This document shows positions 25,006 to 38,647 of a stretch of DNA of 64,000 nt, piece by piece; positions within the stretch are counted from its first letter, which is position 1, and each line of letters opens with the position of its first letter. Both the position numbers and the translations under genes were made by a program. This DNA is from Ginglymostoma cirratum (Eukaryota): assembly GCA_024137785.1 (NCBI GenBank), contig JAHRHZ010000021.1, forward strand, positions 41,690,442 through 41,754,441, written 5' to 3'. Below the pieces are notes generated by a model. It searched no databases. It saw only the letters and a list, made by a program, of their open reading frames with translations, and had not been told where the DNA came from.

Positions 25006-26479
25006 ATTATAGTTATAATGATAGACTGTAAAGTACAGTGTTTATACAGTTGATTCATTTAAATTCAGAATATGGTTAGCATAATGTCTAAAAATGAGCA
25101 GTCCACATTTCAAACATCAATGAATTCTTTTGAGGTATTAATATGAATGGGAGGCACTTTTTGTAATTCAAGACAATAACATTTTCAGATCTGTATGTCT
25201 TGTGATGCAGTGGTAGTACTCCTAACAACAGTGCAGAGGTTTCACCGGCTCCAGTAATGTACCATAACATGCCCGAATGTTTATAGTGCAGCCTTTGGGT
25301 CAATGTGAGCCAGAAAAGATAACTATTTGAATGATGCATACTGCTTTTAATGTACAAACTAAGGGGAGGGGTAAAAATTTGAGATGAGGACGTTCATAGA
25401 CAATGTGTGCCATTTGGAAATGAGCTTCACAAAAATGCTGTTTGGCCTTTAAGCGCATCATGAGCTTGTGAAGCTTCTACATTTTCAGATTAATTGCTCA
25501 TTAAACTCACCGCAGCTATTTAACTTAATACTTATGTGATTGACTGATATCGTTATGTGATGATTGTTAATCTCTCTGGCCCAGAAAATGAACAATTCGA
25601 AATATGTAATCAGATCCTTTCAGGCAGTAAATTGTCAGAGATCAGAGCTTGTTTTTCTCTTGTAGCCCTATTTTTCTTTTCCTCTCTACTTCGCTTCATA
25701 TATCTGATCAATATTCAAGTCACCACTTTAATTCACCTTCTTAATTCTTGAGTCTCATCAAGACTGTTCACCAACTTATCAGCTGCTCGTTTGTGTATGA
25801 TGTGCATTATCAGCTCACATTTCTAGAAACTTACATGTGTTGGTGCATGTGCTTTTGGGGGAAAGATCTATACCTAATGATGGAGTGGAGGTCCCTATAG
25901 GACTTAACGTTTCTCTGGTAGACAATTCCTTGTTTTAACAAAAAGGACAGCTTACTTCCAGTAACAGATCGTATCTCCAAGCAGTCTGGGAGATAAATAA
26001 AAGTTCTGCAAAGGGGTAAATGAGAAATTAATTAAACAGTTCTGTTTTCAAGCAGTTTAGTGAATAAGCTGGCTGCAGGATCTTGTTTAAGGAGAATTCA
26101 GTTTACATCAGGAGGTGCTGGAAAAATGGTTTAAACCCTTGACAGCTGAAAAAAAATACCAGAATTGGTTGGACTTCTGGGATAACCAAGCAGAGAAACA
26201 AGTGAGAGACAGATACAAAATGCAGGACTCCAGAAGTAACATCTAAACCAGGAGACTTCTAAACCTAGAACATAACCCTCCAGATGCTAATGCATCTGTA
26301 TTAAACTCAGACTGTACTCAATTGAAGGAGATATGAGGGAAGCTTTGCTATTTTAGTCAGGGTAGAGACCCTCTGTAGATGAATGGAAGGCACGTGATAG
26401 CAAAGAGAAGGTGGTCAAGAAAAAATGCCAGTTCTCGACCCTATTTGATGCTGAAGTAAATCTCAAAGGGTCAGATGTT

Positions 26480-27090
26480 ACTGCCTTTTAAGAACCCTTG
26501 CACATCATTTTGTTGTGGTAAGGGAAAAATAGTATTGAGCAGCTTTAGCCAGCAATTAGCTTTCCCCAGGATGTTACATAGATTGTCTTGGCTCACATGA
26601 TCAATCACCTTCAAGGAGATCAGTAAGGGCAATATATCATGGTGTCCTTTGAAATAGCATTTATCTTGCAGCTGATGGACTGAGGAGATCACATCACTTG
26701 TAGATCTTCCCATTCTCAAACTATGCTGGGATTTAAGGAAATACACTTGTCCAGAATTTCTGATCAGGGCCACGTGGGGAAATACATTTTCCACGATCAC
26801 ATAAAGAGATGGCTCAATAAATGTTACAATTGTTGCTCTTGTACAGGGTATCTTTGTATCACACACACATTATGACCCCTGCTTCCAGCAGAGACTGAAA
26901 AGTTTGTATAGGTACTTCAGAAAATGCTGACTGATTCAAGGCTAACATTGCAGTGATGGAACCTTGTTGAAACCAGTTGGTCTGCTCTCCTAAGTTAAAA
27001 GAGAGATCAGAGTGAAAAGACTCCGAATGCTCCCAGGTGCTTGAAGTAAAGTCTAACAGATTGCTAGACGGTGTGCCGACGACCACTGGT
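26480..27090 (-). mobile_element. RTE-clade LINE reverse transcriptase fragment (decayed)
   Basis: KSQHSLRMGRSTSDVISSVHQLQDKC...DHVSQDNLCNILGKANC..KLLNTI resembles RTE ESQCGFR.GRST.DMIF..RQLQEKC...D.VSR..L..IL.K.GCP.KL. Confidence 0.75.
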
Positions 27091-27449
27091 TACAACTCGG
27101 CCAGAACATGCAGATGTCCTCCAATGCTGGGAATTCTCGGACTGTGTACAAATGGGTTAAAAAGGCAGTAGGTCCATCAGCAAAGAAAACAACTCAACTG
27201 AAACCAAAGGCAGGGAAGTTTGCTTGGCAATAAGCAGTTGGAGGGGAGGGATCAGTGGAACAATACTTAAAACTATACTCTAGGGAGAGCCCATCACTGA
27301 GGAAACTCTAGAACATGAGCATAGACCTAATGGGGGCCAGTGACCCACGATAAAAATAAATTGATTGATTGAATCAAGGATCTCACACAGAAAAATAGCT
27401 TCCGTATTTAGTTCTTCAGGGAGAAAACTATTGAACTGACCTGCTGATT

Positions 27450-29150
27450 TTAATCTGAAGCTGAGGTAAGATCTTCCTATGTCTGCTGGCAATGAAGACA
27501 TTGTTACTCAATTGTTGTTCAAAATTCTACCTACTGCTAACGCAGACAGTTCTTTGTCAGAGAAAGTTTTAAAAAGAGCTGTTCACAGCAGAATGTTGTT
27601 CCGAACAGTGACACAATTCTCTGTACGTATCAGCTTTGGAAAGTCAGCAGCACCTACACAGAGTCTGTTGAAGTCCAGCAGATGCAGGTTATTGCATTTG
27701 GCTTTCAGTTCATTGTGTGTTTCTAGTTCTCGGACTTCAAGTTCAAGGTTTCCATGTATATCAGCGGCTTCAATATTGAACAGCTTGTCAAAAGTTACTT
27801 AATTACAATTCTTTTGTTTTTAGGTTTTGAAATTCCTCACTGTATCTGAAGCAAAAATTGCACGCGCCTCTCATGTTGCACGTTCTTGTCCCAGGTGCAT
27901 GGGAAAATGCACTGTGCTGCCCCTTTTCAGCTGCATTTGCCTCAGTTTTAACTCAGCTTCAAGTGATTTACATTAGAGAGGGGTAAGCAGCCGGTTAGGC
28001 TCTTGCAACTTGACTTTGAGCGCGGACAAACGCTGCATCACGTCAACCACAAATGCCAAGACACAGCTATTTGTGGTTACTCAGCTCAGCAACAGCGTTT
28101 CCATTCCTCTCCACGGATAATTTCACTCTGTTCCTTGATTGATGCTATCACGTCATCATACGCTACCCCACTGCTCCCCTACCAGACCAGTTAAACTATG
28201 TCACTTCACAATATAGATGAAGTCACTGACCTCTGATTTGAAGTCTTTCAGTAACTCTTCAAATTGGAAGCTGTTTAAAGCTGTTCTTTAATGAAGTTCA
28301 TGCTCGATATAATTTCTGGCTTTACATTGCTGAGCCTGAGGGACAGCACACACAAATGGACTACTGGCACACAATCAACTCACATGGATCAAGGTTGAGA
28401 TGATCCATTTCTTTTTAACTGAAGGAACTAACCTCTTTGGAGATCCAACAGTGGCGAAAGCACCATCAAGAAAGAGCACAATTTTTCAAATGATAACTGA
28501 AGCTGAAGCCGAAGCCCCCTGTTGTGACTTTCTCAAAAATATCTTCATCTTTGGTGGCATCATGCAAAGAAAGCAAACCCTCTCTAATCTCAAAATCTGC
28601 CGTGATTCTACACATGAAGGTTATTCGCTGGCCTGCACTCAGTATATCTGTTGTCTCAAGGCAGAGTAAGAACTCCAAATCAGTCCCTGATCTTTCAGAT
28701 TTTTAATGTCACGGACTATGAAACAAGCTCACTCCCTGAAATAATGTCCATTTCTCGAAAGCCAGTAAAGCTGCAGGCACAACAATGCACTTCTTGACAA
28801 ATTCCCCCTCTGAATGAGGCCCAAGTATTTTTGCACTGAGTTCACTTATTACATAACTGACCTGAATAACACAGTCCATCTCCCCTCTCGGCCTTGTGAA
28901 ATTTACTTGCTGCACGTCCAAATTCTTTCCACATTCGCTGACTTTATCAGCGCACACCTGCCCTTGAAAGTCTTCGTATGTAATGGGCTTTGTGCTGTAA
29001 TGTCACTCCAGGTCAGCTTTTCTCATGACAGAAACTGCTTCTCCACAAATCAGGCATATGGGCCTCCATTTCACCTCCACTCAAAAAAGGAGTCATTTGT
29101 CCATTTTTCACAAGAAACATAACAGTCCAGGTCTACCTTTCTTCCTTTGT
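27450..29150 (-). mobile_element. Decayed hAT-Charlie family DNA transposase (SPIN/GTF2IRD2-like), near full length
   Basis: Collinear motifs on minus: RKVD..EKWTND.FF..PICLICGEAVSVM (about 29000-29145), SYVISELSAK..EGEFVKKCI, ETTD..Q..F..ITADFEIREGLL..EDIFEKV, DGAFATVG, MNFIK..LN..QFEELL, SLFGTTFCCEQLF (about 27575-27615); stops and frameshifts present. Confidence 0.88.
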
Positions 29151-29736
29151 TTCAAGGAGTCAGTTTTGTGGTAGACCTTCCGAGATAGACCTCGGTTGAT
29201 GTTTCTCTGCTGGGGGTCTCCTCCATGTCTGCTGCTGAGTCAGGGGCTTCTCTCTGACGTGCTTCTTTTCACACTTTATTCTTCACTGCCAGCATTATCA
29301 CAATGCCTCTCCAGATGTGCTTCCATGTTCTCAAGCTTCTCCCTGTGATGTGCAGTGCTGCTGAGGTTCAATGCAGCATTTGCTCCTGGAACCTGCGAGG
29401 GGCCAGATTCAGTCTAGCAATGGGCCAGATTCTACACACATTCTGGAGGCTCTCCGCCTCCTGTTCTAGACACAATTGAAAAAGCCAGAGCTGAGTACCG
29501 ATCTCAGAGCAGAAGAGTTTAGCAGCTTTTGACTCACTTGCAATGGCCAGAGCTCTTGGTGAAGATGCCACACTGGTTTAACTCATCAACTCTTAGGATT
29601 AATCTTGTAGAATCTCAATGACAGAAAGGTGTTGAATCATACCCAGTAATGCATTGTTCCTGGTTTATTACTAAAATGGTTAGACTCGAGAGTGCAGACA
29701 TGACTTGACCACAATTAATACAAGATTGTAACTTAC

Positions 29737-29853
29737 CTGATATGGTTTGTTTCAGGCTATCCTTAACCTTTTCCTTATTACGTGGTCGTAGATGGCATTT
29801 AGCATCCTTAATCTTGAATCTAGCTTTTTGCTTTATTGGCGGTGCTAAAGGAT
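29737..29853 (-). CDS. SCUBE1: SCUBE1 coding exon, spacer region
   Basis: tttcag|AT..., (D)PLAPPIKQKARFKIKDAKCHLRPRNKEKVKDSLKQTIS, donor G|gtaagt; 117 nt. Confidence 0.93.
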
Positions 29854-31354
29854 CTGAAACAAAGAATGTATGTCTTCAGTATCACGAGGCTACAAGTTTA
29901 AACGAACACATTTTGATTGAATTGCAAGATTAGTATAAAGATTTGTTGTTCCACAGAATTGTGTATGTGCAGACAGACAATATGGCAACATCAATCGATT
30001 ACTTAACTCCTACACACAGAAACATGATAAGTAGTGTGCTTGAGAACGTGATTGGAGATGAAAGTAGGGATCACAGAATCTGACAAGATCTAAGACTTCT
30101 TGGGTAGCGTTAAAGCTCTGCTGCTGAGACCAGAGTACAAAGAATATCTGTGAAAATCGGTAAGTTTGGAATAAATAGAACCATATAATTCCAGAGAAAC
30201 CAGTCATAACAGATCATGGTGCCTGTGCCCTTGGAGTTCCTTGCCAGCTACCTAAAGTAACCTAATTTTTGCTGAAAATATTTAATAGCTTTTCTTATTG
30301 CAAGTTCGCACAGTAGCACCCTTCACGTTCATTTTATGGCATTGACTTTTCCTGGCTGTTCCCACACTGGGATCCAATTTGGAAAGGCAGGTTGCTACCT
30401 TGCAATTATTCTGAAGTACTACGGTTTTTCACTTTGACTGGATTTCTTGCTTTTGACAGGACATTCAGCAGATAGAATTTTCAGTGCCAAGGGGAGGTGA
30501 ATTTGTATGTCTGGTTGATGCCATATGGATTACAGCCTGGAAAAATGGCGTTAGATCAGAAGCTAACAAAAAGGTGCCCACCTGTAGGTCCTAACAGGCA
30601 GGGAATTAAAATATTCCAAGGGCTAGTTAACAGAGAGGACTGAAAATATTCTGTATGTAACAGTGTCAACCAGGCAAGTGTGCAGCAGTAAGTGCTTGTT
30701 CAGCGAAACCGACTGGCTGCAAAGCCTTCAAATAGTTAACCTGAAGAGCTGCAGCCAAATCTTGGACAGCGAGGAAAGAAAGCAAATCTTATGGCATAAT
30801 AGATTATGTGCACAGGACTGAAGGACAATACTTGTCGATGGTGACTGTGAGATGATGCAAACAAGGAGTATGGGAAGTGGAGTATGTGTTGGTTGTTCAG
30901 ATGAGACAGTGAGGTGCTACCCGGAGAGACAGGAAGCAGCAAAATGCCTGGAACATTGTGCTGGAGAATGCTGGTCAAGTCAGAGAGTTCCTTCTCAATT
31001 GCACTGGTGCATGGCTCCATAACAATCAGAAACATGGCACACTGTGCACCATGAGGCCGCACACAAGCATATAATATTTAATGGGAATGTTGGCGTTAGC
31101 CTTTCCATTCCTGTGGTTGATGAAACTACATGGATCAATGTACAAGTTCAGCTATCCTGATTGCTGCTGACATTCGTTTCACTAGAATTCCTTCGACAGC
31201 TTCAGTATGCCATCCCCTCTGACTGCTCAGGCAACATGGAAGCGGGATGCTAATATATTAAAGAGCCATATCAAAGCATGCTGACAGAACACACAGACTT
31301 CCTACTCATGACCAGTCTCCATATTGTAAACTGTCTGTTCTTTGAAGATTTACC

Positions 31355-31795
31355 ATTATAGAATCATAGACACTTACAGTACAGAAGGAGGCAATTCAGT
31401 TCATTGTATGGCTAGTCAACAAAGATCTGATTACACTAATCCCATTTTCTACAGCACTGGAGACTATGGCAACAAATGAATATCGAAATATTGCTTAAAG
31501 TTTATAAGAGGTTCTGCTTCAGTCACCCTTTCAGGCATTGAGTTTGGTACTGCCACCACCCTGAGTGAACAAAATGTCTCATCAACTCTCCTTAGTATCC
31601 CAGCACTTACCTTAAATCTATGTCCCCTGGCTACTGATCTCTCTACTAATGGTAAATGTGCCTTCCTATCTAACTGATTTGTGCCACTCAGTCTTATACA
31701 TCACTATCAGGGCCCCTTCATTTCTTGCTCCCATGGAAACATCCCCAGCCTATCCAATTTTTCCTCAGTTCAGATCCTCCAGCCAAAGCAGCATT
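31355..31795 (-). mobile_element. Old CR1 LINE 3' fragment
   Basis: atagaatcataga...acagtacagaaggaggc tail; caccaccctgagtgaacaaaatg; ccttaaatctatgtcccctgg. Confidence 0.65.
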
Positions 31796-32760
31796 ATGTC
31801 TGTATGTGCAGAATTGACTTTGGTTTGTTCAAAACATCTGAATTGCTGAAGTGTTTGTACGTCGCACATTCTGCTACTTATTCTAAACCACTATAAAATT
31901 ATCAACCTCATAACCAAGGAAATACTCCAGATTGCGCTACCAAACATCTTCAGCATACTTTTCACAATGTTTAAAACCTACTTTATCACTAGAGCGAACT
32001 TTAATGTTCTCAGTTTGTCTGGGGCCATTACATTATGTAAGCTAGAGCAATCTCAATTCCCAGTCACGCTTCTGGATTCAATGGTCCCCAGGGACATCCA
32101 TGTGACAGATCAAACCCCTACCATGGAGTGACAGCATGGAATCACACTAGGTCAAGTATAAGCTCTACAGATCTCTCATGTTCCTGGTAGCTGTTAAAGG
32201 ATTAAGCCTATTTGGGCATTATGTAAACACCATATAACCAAATTTATTTTATTTTAGTGCTATGAATTAACACATGACTGTGCAAACAATTAGAATACTG
32301 ATTGCGCATTTCAGAAAATGCCTGAGAATTGACAAAATGAAAGAGGAGGAAACCAAAGAACTAGCATTTTGATAACACCCAGCTCTAAATATTTGGGAAT
32401 TGCGAATGAAGAAGAGTTGGTGCCAACATTGTGGATGTGTAACATTTTGCTTCTAATACTGAAGCAAGTGCATTTTCACTCCCATCAAAAAGGCTGAGGG
32501 ATTATGAAGGGATTTCAGACCACTATAATTCTGTGGTAATCATTTTCCAGTTCAAAAATAAAAAAAAAAATCAAGAGAAGTACGAATAAAAGGTTCCAAT
32601 TCAGTTTCTTGAAGCTGATAGGCTGGGACTGAAAAACAGAATTATTTCAGCCCAGTCAGAGGAGCACTAAGGTTACTTCTGATTGATGAATGAAACTTCA
32701 GTTTCTCAGAAGACCACCAGATTTTTTTTCTTTTAGACCAGCGTGGTTTGAGGTGCTTAC

Positions 32761-32853
32761 CTGCACAGTTAGGTAGACTTGTATTTCGCTTTTGCGAGGA
32801 TTTTGTTGGCTGTATTGGAACTCCACAGCTAAAAGTATAGCTATTTTCAGAAT
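32761..32853 (-). CDS. SCUBE1: SCUBE1 coding exon, spacer region
   Basis: ttcag|AT..., (D)SENSYTFSCGVPIQPTKSSQKRNTSLPNCA, donor G|gtaagc; 93 nt. Confidence 0.9.
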
Positions 32854-33431
32854 CTGAATGAAGACGAAGGTACTAGGTTAGAGAAAGACTGAAAAGTATT
32901 GAAAATCTCTTTGTTGTAACAGATGAATAGACGAAACTTGAACTTTATTTACCTTCCTAACTTGGTAAGTCTATTTGTTGCACAACTGTTATGCCCACTG
33001 TAACCTATAAAATGTTGCTTTATATAATGCCCCAACAAAACAGGACCCCTCACCAAGTTGCTGTAATTGTTGATTAGAAGACTGACAATTTTATTCTGTT
33101 TGTATTGCCTCTGCCATAAATTCGCTTGTTGACTTTCTAGGTGGTACTGCAAGATAAGGAGAGTGGACTTCCCATCATTACTGTAATCATTATGACTTAA
33201 CCACCAATATTTTCACTAAAATTTTGTCTGGGTCCTATTAACGAGAGGCAGTTACATTTAGTTTACACTTACTGCAACATGAAAACCCCTTGGATGCCTT
33301 TAGATTAATAGCCACTAACTTATCATTCAAATTTGCCCTTGACCTCAAAATCAGCTCCACAGAAAGGCTGAATGATTTTTGTGCTGCATGTCTGCTTTTC
33401 CAAAATTAATTTGATTCTGATATTAAGGAAG

Positions 33432-33802
33432 AGCAACTTGTATTGATATTGTTTTTCATGACCGTATGACATCTCAACTACTGTATTATCAAAAATACAG
33501 CAACCAGAAATCCTACAATTTAGTTTTTAATGCTGATGAAGGAATAAATATTGACTGCGACACTCAGGATAAATCCTTTGTTGTTCTTCAAAACAGTGCT
33601 ATGAGATATTTTACATCCATCTAAGCAGCAGACAGAAGCCTCAATTTACCATCTCATTTGAAAGATAGCACCTCCAATGTGTAATACTGCCTTAGTGCTG
33701 TGTTGGTCTGTTATCTTTGATTTTTACTAAAGTCCCCAAGTCAGATGTGATCCCAAGACTGAGACTCAGATGAGAACGCTGCTGACTGAGCCACAGCTAA
33801 CA
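33432..33802 (-). mobile_element. Deu-domain SINE (SacSINE1/AmnSINE1-related)
   Basis: Reverse complement contains ggaggtgctatctttcaaatgagatggtaaattgagg...gatggatgtaaaatatctcatagcactgttttgaagaaca...caatatttattcc, the Deu-domain pattern, with a tRNA-like head at the 33760-33800 end. Confidence 0.7.
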
Positions 33803-36800
33803 CATTATGGGGGAATATAGGCCAACTATAAGTATCTTCAGCATTCATCAACGGTAATGCCTTCCTGTAGACTGAACAGCCAATCACTTTGAAGGATACC
33901 TTCAGAGAAATGAGGAAGTAATCTTTTAGACTTCTGAATAATTCTACACAGAATGAAATAAAGATTCAGATATTCACCTGGGATTAAGATAGAAATTGAA
34001 GCACAAACGACTTTTAAAAAAAGTTGGAAACCTATAATATCATAATGGAGCTATGCAACCTTCCACAAAATTAAAACGTGTTATTCAGAGACAGAGGGTT
34101 GTTCAGAGTAACGATATTCAGTATGGTGCAAAAAAAAGATACTTGAACCTATTCAAGGCACAACCTATGCAAGGCATTATATAAAATGCTTTCAAAGAAT
34201 GACTGGAAATTGATGTCAATTCAACTGATTTCTAAAGGTTTTCCTATTGCGATGAAGAAGAACACTGACAGTTATCACCACTACAAACAACAATGGTTTT
34301 TTATTGCTTTTATTCAACAATAATTCTCTATTTCCACTCTCAACTTCACTTAGTTGGGTCAATGTCCTTTCACTGCACCATTGCCTCAGCAGGTAAACTT
34401 TAGTTTTTCATTCAAGGTGTGTAATCAGAAATGCATTGCTGGAAAGTGGTGGAAGCCAATTCAATGGTAACTTTCAAAGTGGAATTATATTTTTAAATGG
34501 AAAACATTGCAGAGCCATAATGCAACAGCTGGGGAGTCAGACCAATAAAGAATTCTATCAAACAACTGGGACAGGCAATTGAGCCAAATGGTCTCTGTTT
34601 GTACAAGATAATGTTAAATACTTGACTGAACAAAACACTATTGATTATTTTTGTATTATTAAGCATAAACTGTTGTGAAACCAGCCACAGTTAAATATTG
34701 AAAAATGCCATTCACTTGAAGGAAATCTAAACATGTAGCAGGATATTTTTATTAGAAAGATGTCCAAGTTTTGATTTGATCCTGGTGCAATCTTTAATGT
34801 AACCATGAGCCACTTTAATTACCTTGATAATCCGAATAAGTTTGACAGTATTTCAAACATATTTAAAATTCCATTCAAGTGCAGCAAATCAGCAAACATG
34901 CTGGACTTTATAAAGTATATTTTTACAGTGATATATACTAATATTCTGCTGTATTCACGTAGTTTCTAATTATATGTATGACTTGGCTGGTAATGTAAAT
35001 AACACACCACAGGTGAGCAAACACCATTTTTTTTGGATTATTCTATTTAAAAAAAAAGGAGGTCCACTACCAGTGAAGTTAATGATTTATGTATATATGG
35101 CTGATTGAGTTCAATGTTGGGGGTGGGGGGGTTGGAACGCTCCTTACTTAAGAAACCCACATACAGAGAAGTTGGCCCAGGTTTTCACACAGATATAAAG
35201 ATTCCATCCGGTTTCCAGGATACAATTCGGGTAGAACCTCAATTTGGAAGTCCTACCTCCTTTCGCAAAACTAGGGAAAAGGAGGAAGAGGCATGACTCA
35301 TACGAAGAAAAGCCAAACTCAGGAGGGTTTGAATACACCAAGGTGTCATTATAGCAAGGGCCTTAACCCGTATTGTGGGTGTCACATTTTCACTAGTAGT
35401 TTTAAATGCTCTTCAATGTCTGTGGAACCGTTTAGTTGTGAAGTTATTTAAATCTCTCCCACTTTAAATGTTTAAAAAGCCTGCCTGTGACAGTGAGAAG
35501 TTAAAAAAACACTCCCTGTGAAGTTATTTAAATCTTCAACTCATTTAAAATTTTCAAAATTAGGCAGTGTCAACGTGAACTGAAAGAATCTGGTCTAGTC
35601 ATTTAAATAGTTGTGCGTTGACATTACCTGAAAGGGAATCGTTATATCATTATCTCCAGAAGGCATCCTGAATTCACAGTCTGACTATACCTCAAAGAGA
35701 TTATGAAAGGATTAGCTGTCCTTCATTTGAGTTTAGGAACACAGGTCTATTTGTTTTCTTTAAATAGGGAATGAACACCTTAAGGGAATTTAAAAGTTTT
35801 GACTGGGCTTTCATTATTATGTTTTTCCCATTTTAGCAAAAGATGTAATAACTATTAAACAATTATTTTGTTTCATCTCAACATGGCTCCTGGGTTCTGC
35901 CTGGTGAATACGGAGGACATTGGCAATGGAACGTATAAAAGAAAATCTGCCGAGTGTGGAGCACTAGTATACTTGGAAAGTTTTAGAGGTCTTTGAGATC
36001 AGGTGGGGGCATGGAGGGTATAAGGCCATTGGGGGCAGGTAAAAGATGTGGGGTGGCATGAGTTGGCATGAATGGGGCACACAGAATGCGATAGAGGGCC
36101 AGAATGGCTAATATTAAAGAAAACAACTGGGACAATGTCTCAGAAAATTATAAATAACGTACAACATGCCTTGGCACTTCGTAGCCCTAGTGTCCAACTT
36201 CGACTTCCATCCTGAAGCAGCAGGCCTGATGCAAAGGACCAATATACTCTGAACCTACTTCCTCAACCCCTAGGGTAGGTGGCAGCAATGACCTGAAATC
36301 CAGTGTAAGCTGTTCCCTCCAAACGCAGGGAAAACTTCCCAATGAAACATTTCCAAGAAGATGCACTGCAAACTAAAATGTGACTCCTTTAAAATGTTTC
36401 AGCTCATGCCCATTATATAATTCTGACCTCCAATGGGCAATAAGCTTCAGCACAACAATAATCCCATGGAATATTTGAAAAATATAACTGATGTTTCAAA
36501 ATGGATATAAATAGGGGACACACTGTCACTAATGAGGCTGAAAAGAGTCTAGCCAATGCTTATATGAAGCATCCTGTGTATTCATGGTATGTTCTCCATT
36601 TATTCGCTGAACAATTACATTTTTTCTGTCCAAATAAACGTGTGAAGTAATATCTATTGTCACTAGATCAATAGTATTTCACAAAACATTTTTAAACTCA
36701 TCTTAAATTCTTCTCAGGGATGGTCGGACATTCAACAAAATCACACCTTGGCAGTGCGAAGGCCGTTTTAAAAAAAGGGATTGGTGAGCAAAAGGACATT

Positions 36801-37901
36801 ACAAAACATTTGTGAATTTGGAGCTTCCTAATGAAGAGAAAATTGTAATAACACCCCATTGAAGGAGGGCTATAACTGGTTACAGTACAAATGCAATTAA
36901 GTCCCACCTGATTCCTGTTCAAGTAGTTTACATAAATTTCACAAGCTGGAAGTTCTGAGGATGGGAAACACAGATGTATGGCTGGAGAGTGACTCAAGCA
37001 TTGAACAGCTTGTTATGAATAATTACAAGCAGGGAAAACTGGAAGGAATTAACAGCGAAGAAGCTGGAATGGGAAATCAAAAGGCAGTAGCAAAGAGAAT
37101 GGAAACATTTGAATCCTTATTCATTAACAGAACAGGAATTGGATTAAAAATTGATCTACCAAGGAGAGATATGGACCATGTTACAAAACCGAATGTGGTT
37201 GGGAGCCAAAAGCATTGCTTGGGTGGGTTGGGGGATAAAATGTTTTCTGAGTGTTATAGTAAGGAATGAAGACAAATCTAATGGGAGAGAAAGGATTGCA
37301 GGTCAAATAGTTTCTACTTGGTGATGGGACAGAGGATTCATAGGCACATATCGCCCAGTAGGAAAGGAATCTGCTTCACCAAGTGAACAATCTCATCCTG
37401 TGTGGAGGGTGCTGAAGCCATGATCAGCTGTGTTGAGGTTTGATGTGATTTGAGTTAGCTGTTTTAGAGTTGATATATTTTTCTTAATCTCACCTCGGTC
37501 AATTTTTCACACCGTATTCTGCTTCCGGCATCACCTAAAAGTTCACCATTTTTTTAAACAGTTGTGGCCACTAACAATAATCAAAAATTAATGCAGAAAA
37601 ATTAATGTGCAGAACCAGGATAAAACAACTTACAGTTTCAATTGAATACAGTGCATTTACAAAACTCGTGAATCAGATACTCCAATACTTGCAGCGTATT
37701 CAAGTGTGAGCTGCTTAGTCAGATACATTCCTGTTATAAATATTTCATCCGCTAAAGCTATTTATTAAATGCCAATTTGCATACATCCTATTTAGGTTTT
37801 TTTTTTTAAAGCATCTACCACATCAAAAAACATTTTAAACACTTTTCATACACACTTCCCCAGTATGGTGATTGCACAATTACTAAAATCAGAACACTAA
37901 C

Positions 37902-38021
37902 CTGCTACAAAGAGTGCTTTGGATGGACAGGACAGAGAGCAACTTTCTACTCCACCACTCTTACTGCAGACGAGCTGGACTTTGCGTGCAATCTTTGCAT
38001 TTCGGACACATTTCACCACCT
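37902..38021 (-). CDS. SCUBE1: SCUBE1 coding exon, start of spacer region
   Basis: ctcag|AG..., (E)VVKCVRNAKIARKVQLVCSKSGGVESCSLSCPSKALFVA, donor G|gttagt; 120 nt; resembles recalled mammalian SCUBE1 QLSCSKAGGVESCFLSCP. Confidence 0.92.
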
Positions 38022-38189
38022 CTGAGGGAGAGTGAGTCATTGATTACATACAAAGAACTTAAAATAAAAAAGCCACATCAGTTACCAGAGCAGATTGAGA
38101 GTTTTATTGCCATCTTAAATATTCAGAAACAACGTACGTTACATCACTCAGTAGTATATAGACCAGCAACTGAGGGATTGAAGTATGTT

Positions 38190-38300
38190 TTTTATTCATT
38201 TGTGGGATGTGGGTGTCGCTGGCTAGGCAGCATTTATTGCCTGTCCCTGGTTTCCCTTCAGAAGGTCGTGGTGAGCTGCCTTCTTGAACTGTTGCACCCC
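38190..38300 (-). mobile_element. 3' tail of the same LINE family as 5800-7025
   Basis: ttttattcatttgtgggatgtgggtgtcgctggctaggcagcatttattgcc; similar tails at 52660-52872 (+) and 63495-63560 (-). Confidence 0.65.
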
Positions 38301-38647
38301 ACATTCAAGTTGCACACTCGCAATATACTGCGATCTATCCATGTAGTTCGAGGAAAATGAAGGACCAGGCATTTTGCATCCAAGCCAGCAAATGTGTCAG
38401 ACAATCAATGAAAAACAACGTGAGATTAACTAGGCAGGATTCTACCCAAAGTAAACACGTGGTGCTTGATCAGAACAATTAGAGTGAGGAACCAAACATT
38501 ACATGTCGGAAGTTACGTAATTTAATAACTTAGATAACAAGAGTTTTTAAAATCTGTACTCAGGTTGTGTACACAAACAACAAAGGGACCTAAAGTCTGA
38601 AGATTACTCAGAAGAGCTTTGTTAAAAGAAAATAGGTGAAGTCAGGT

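Noticed and set aside
36698-36997. Cys-containing minus-strand ORF between two SCUBE1 exons as an extra exon
   Set aside because: No similarity to SCUBE spacer sequence; the flanking exons join directly in frame (..LFVA-DSENSY..).
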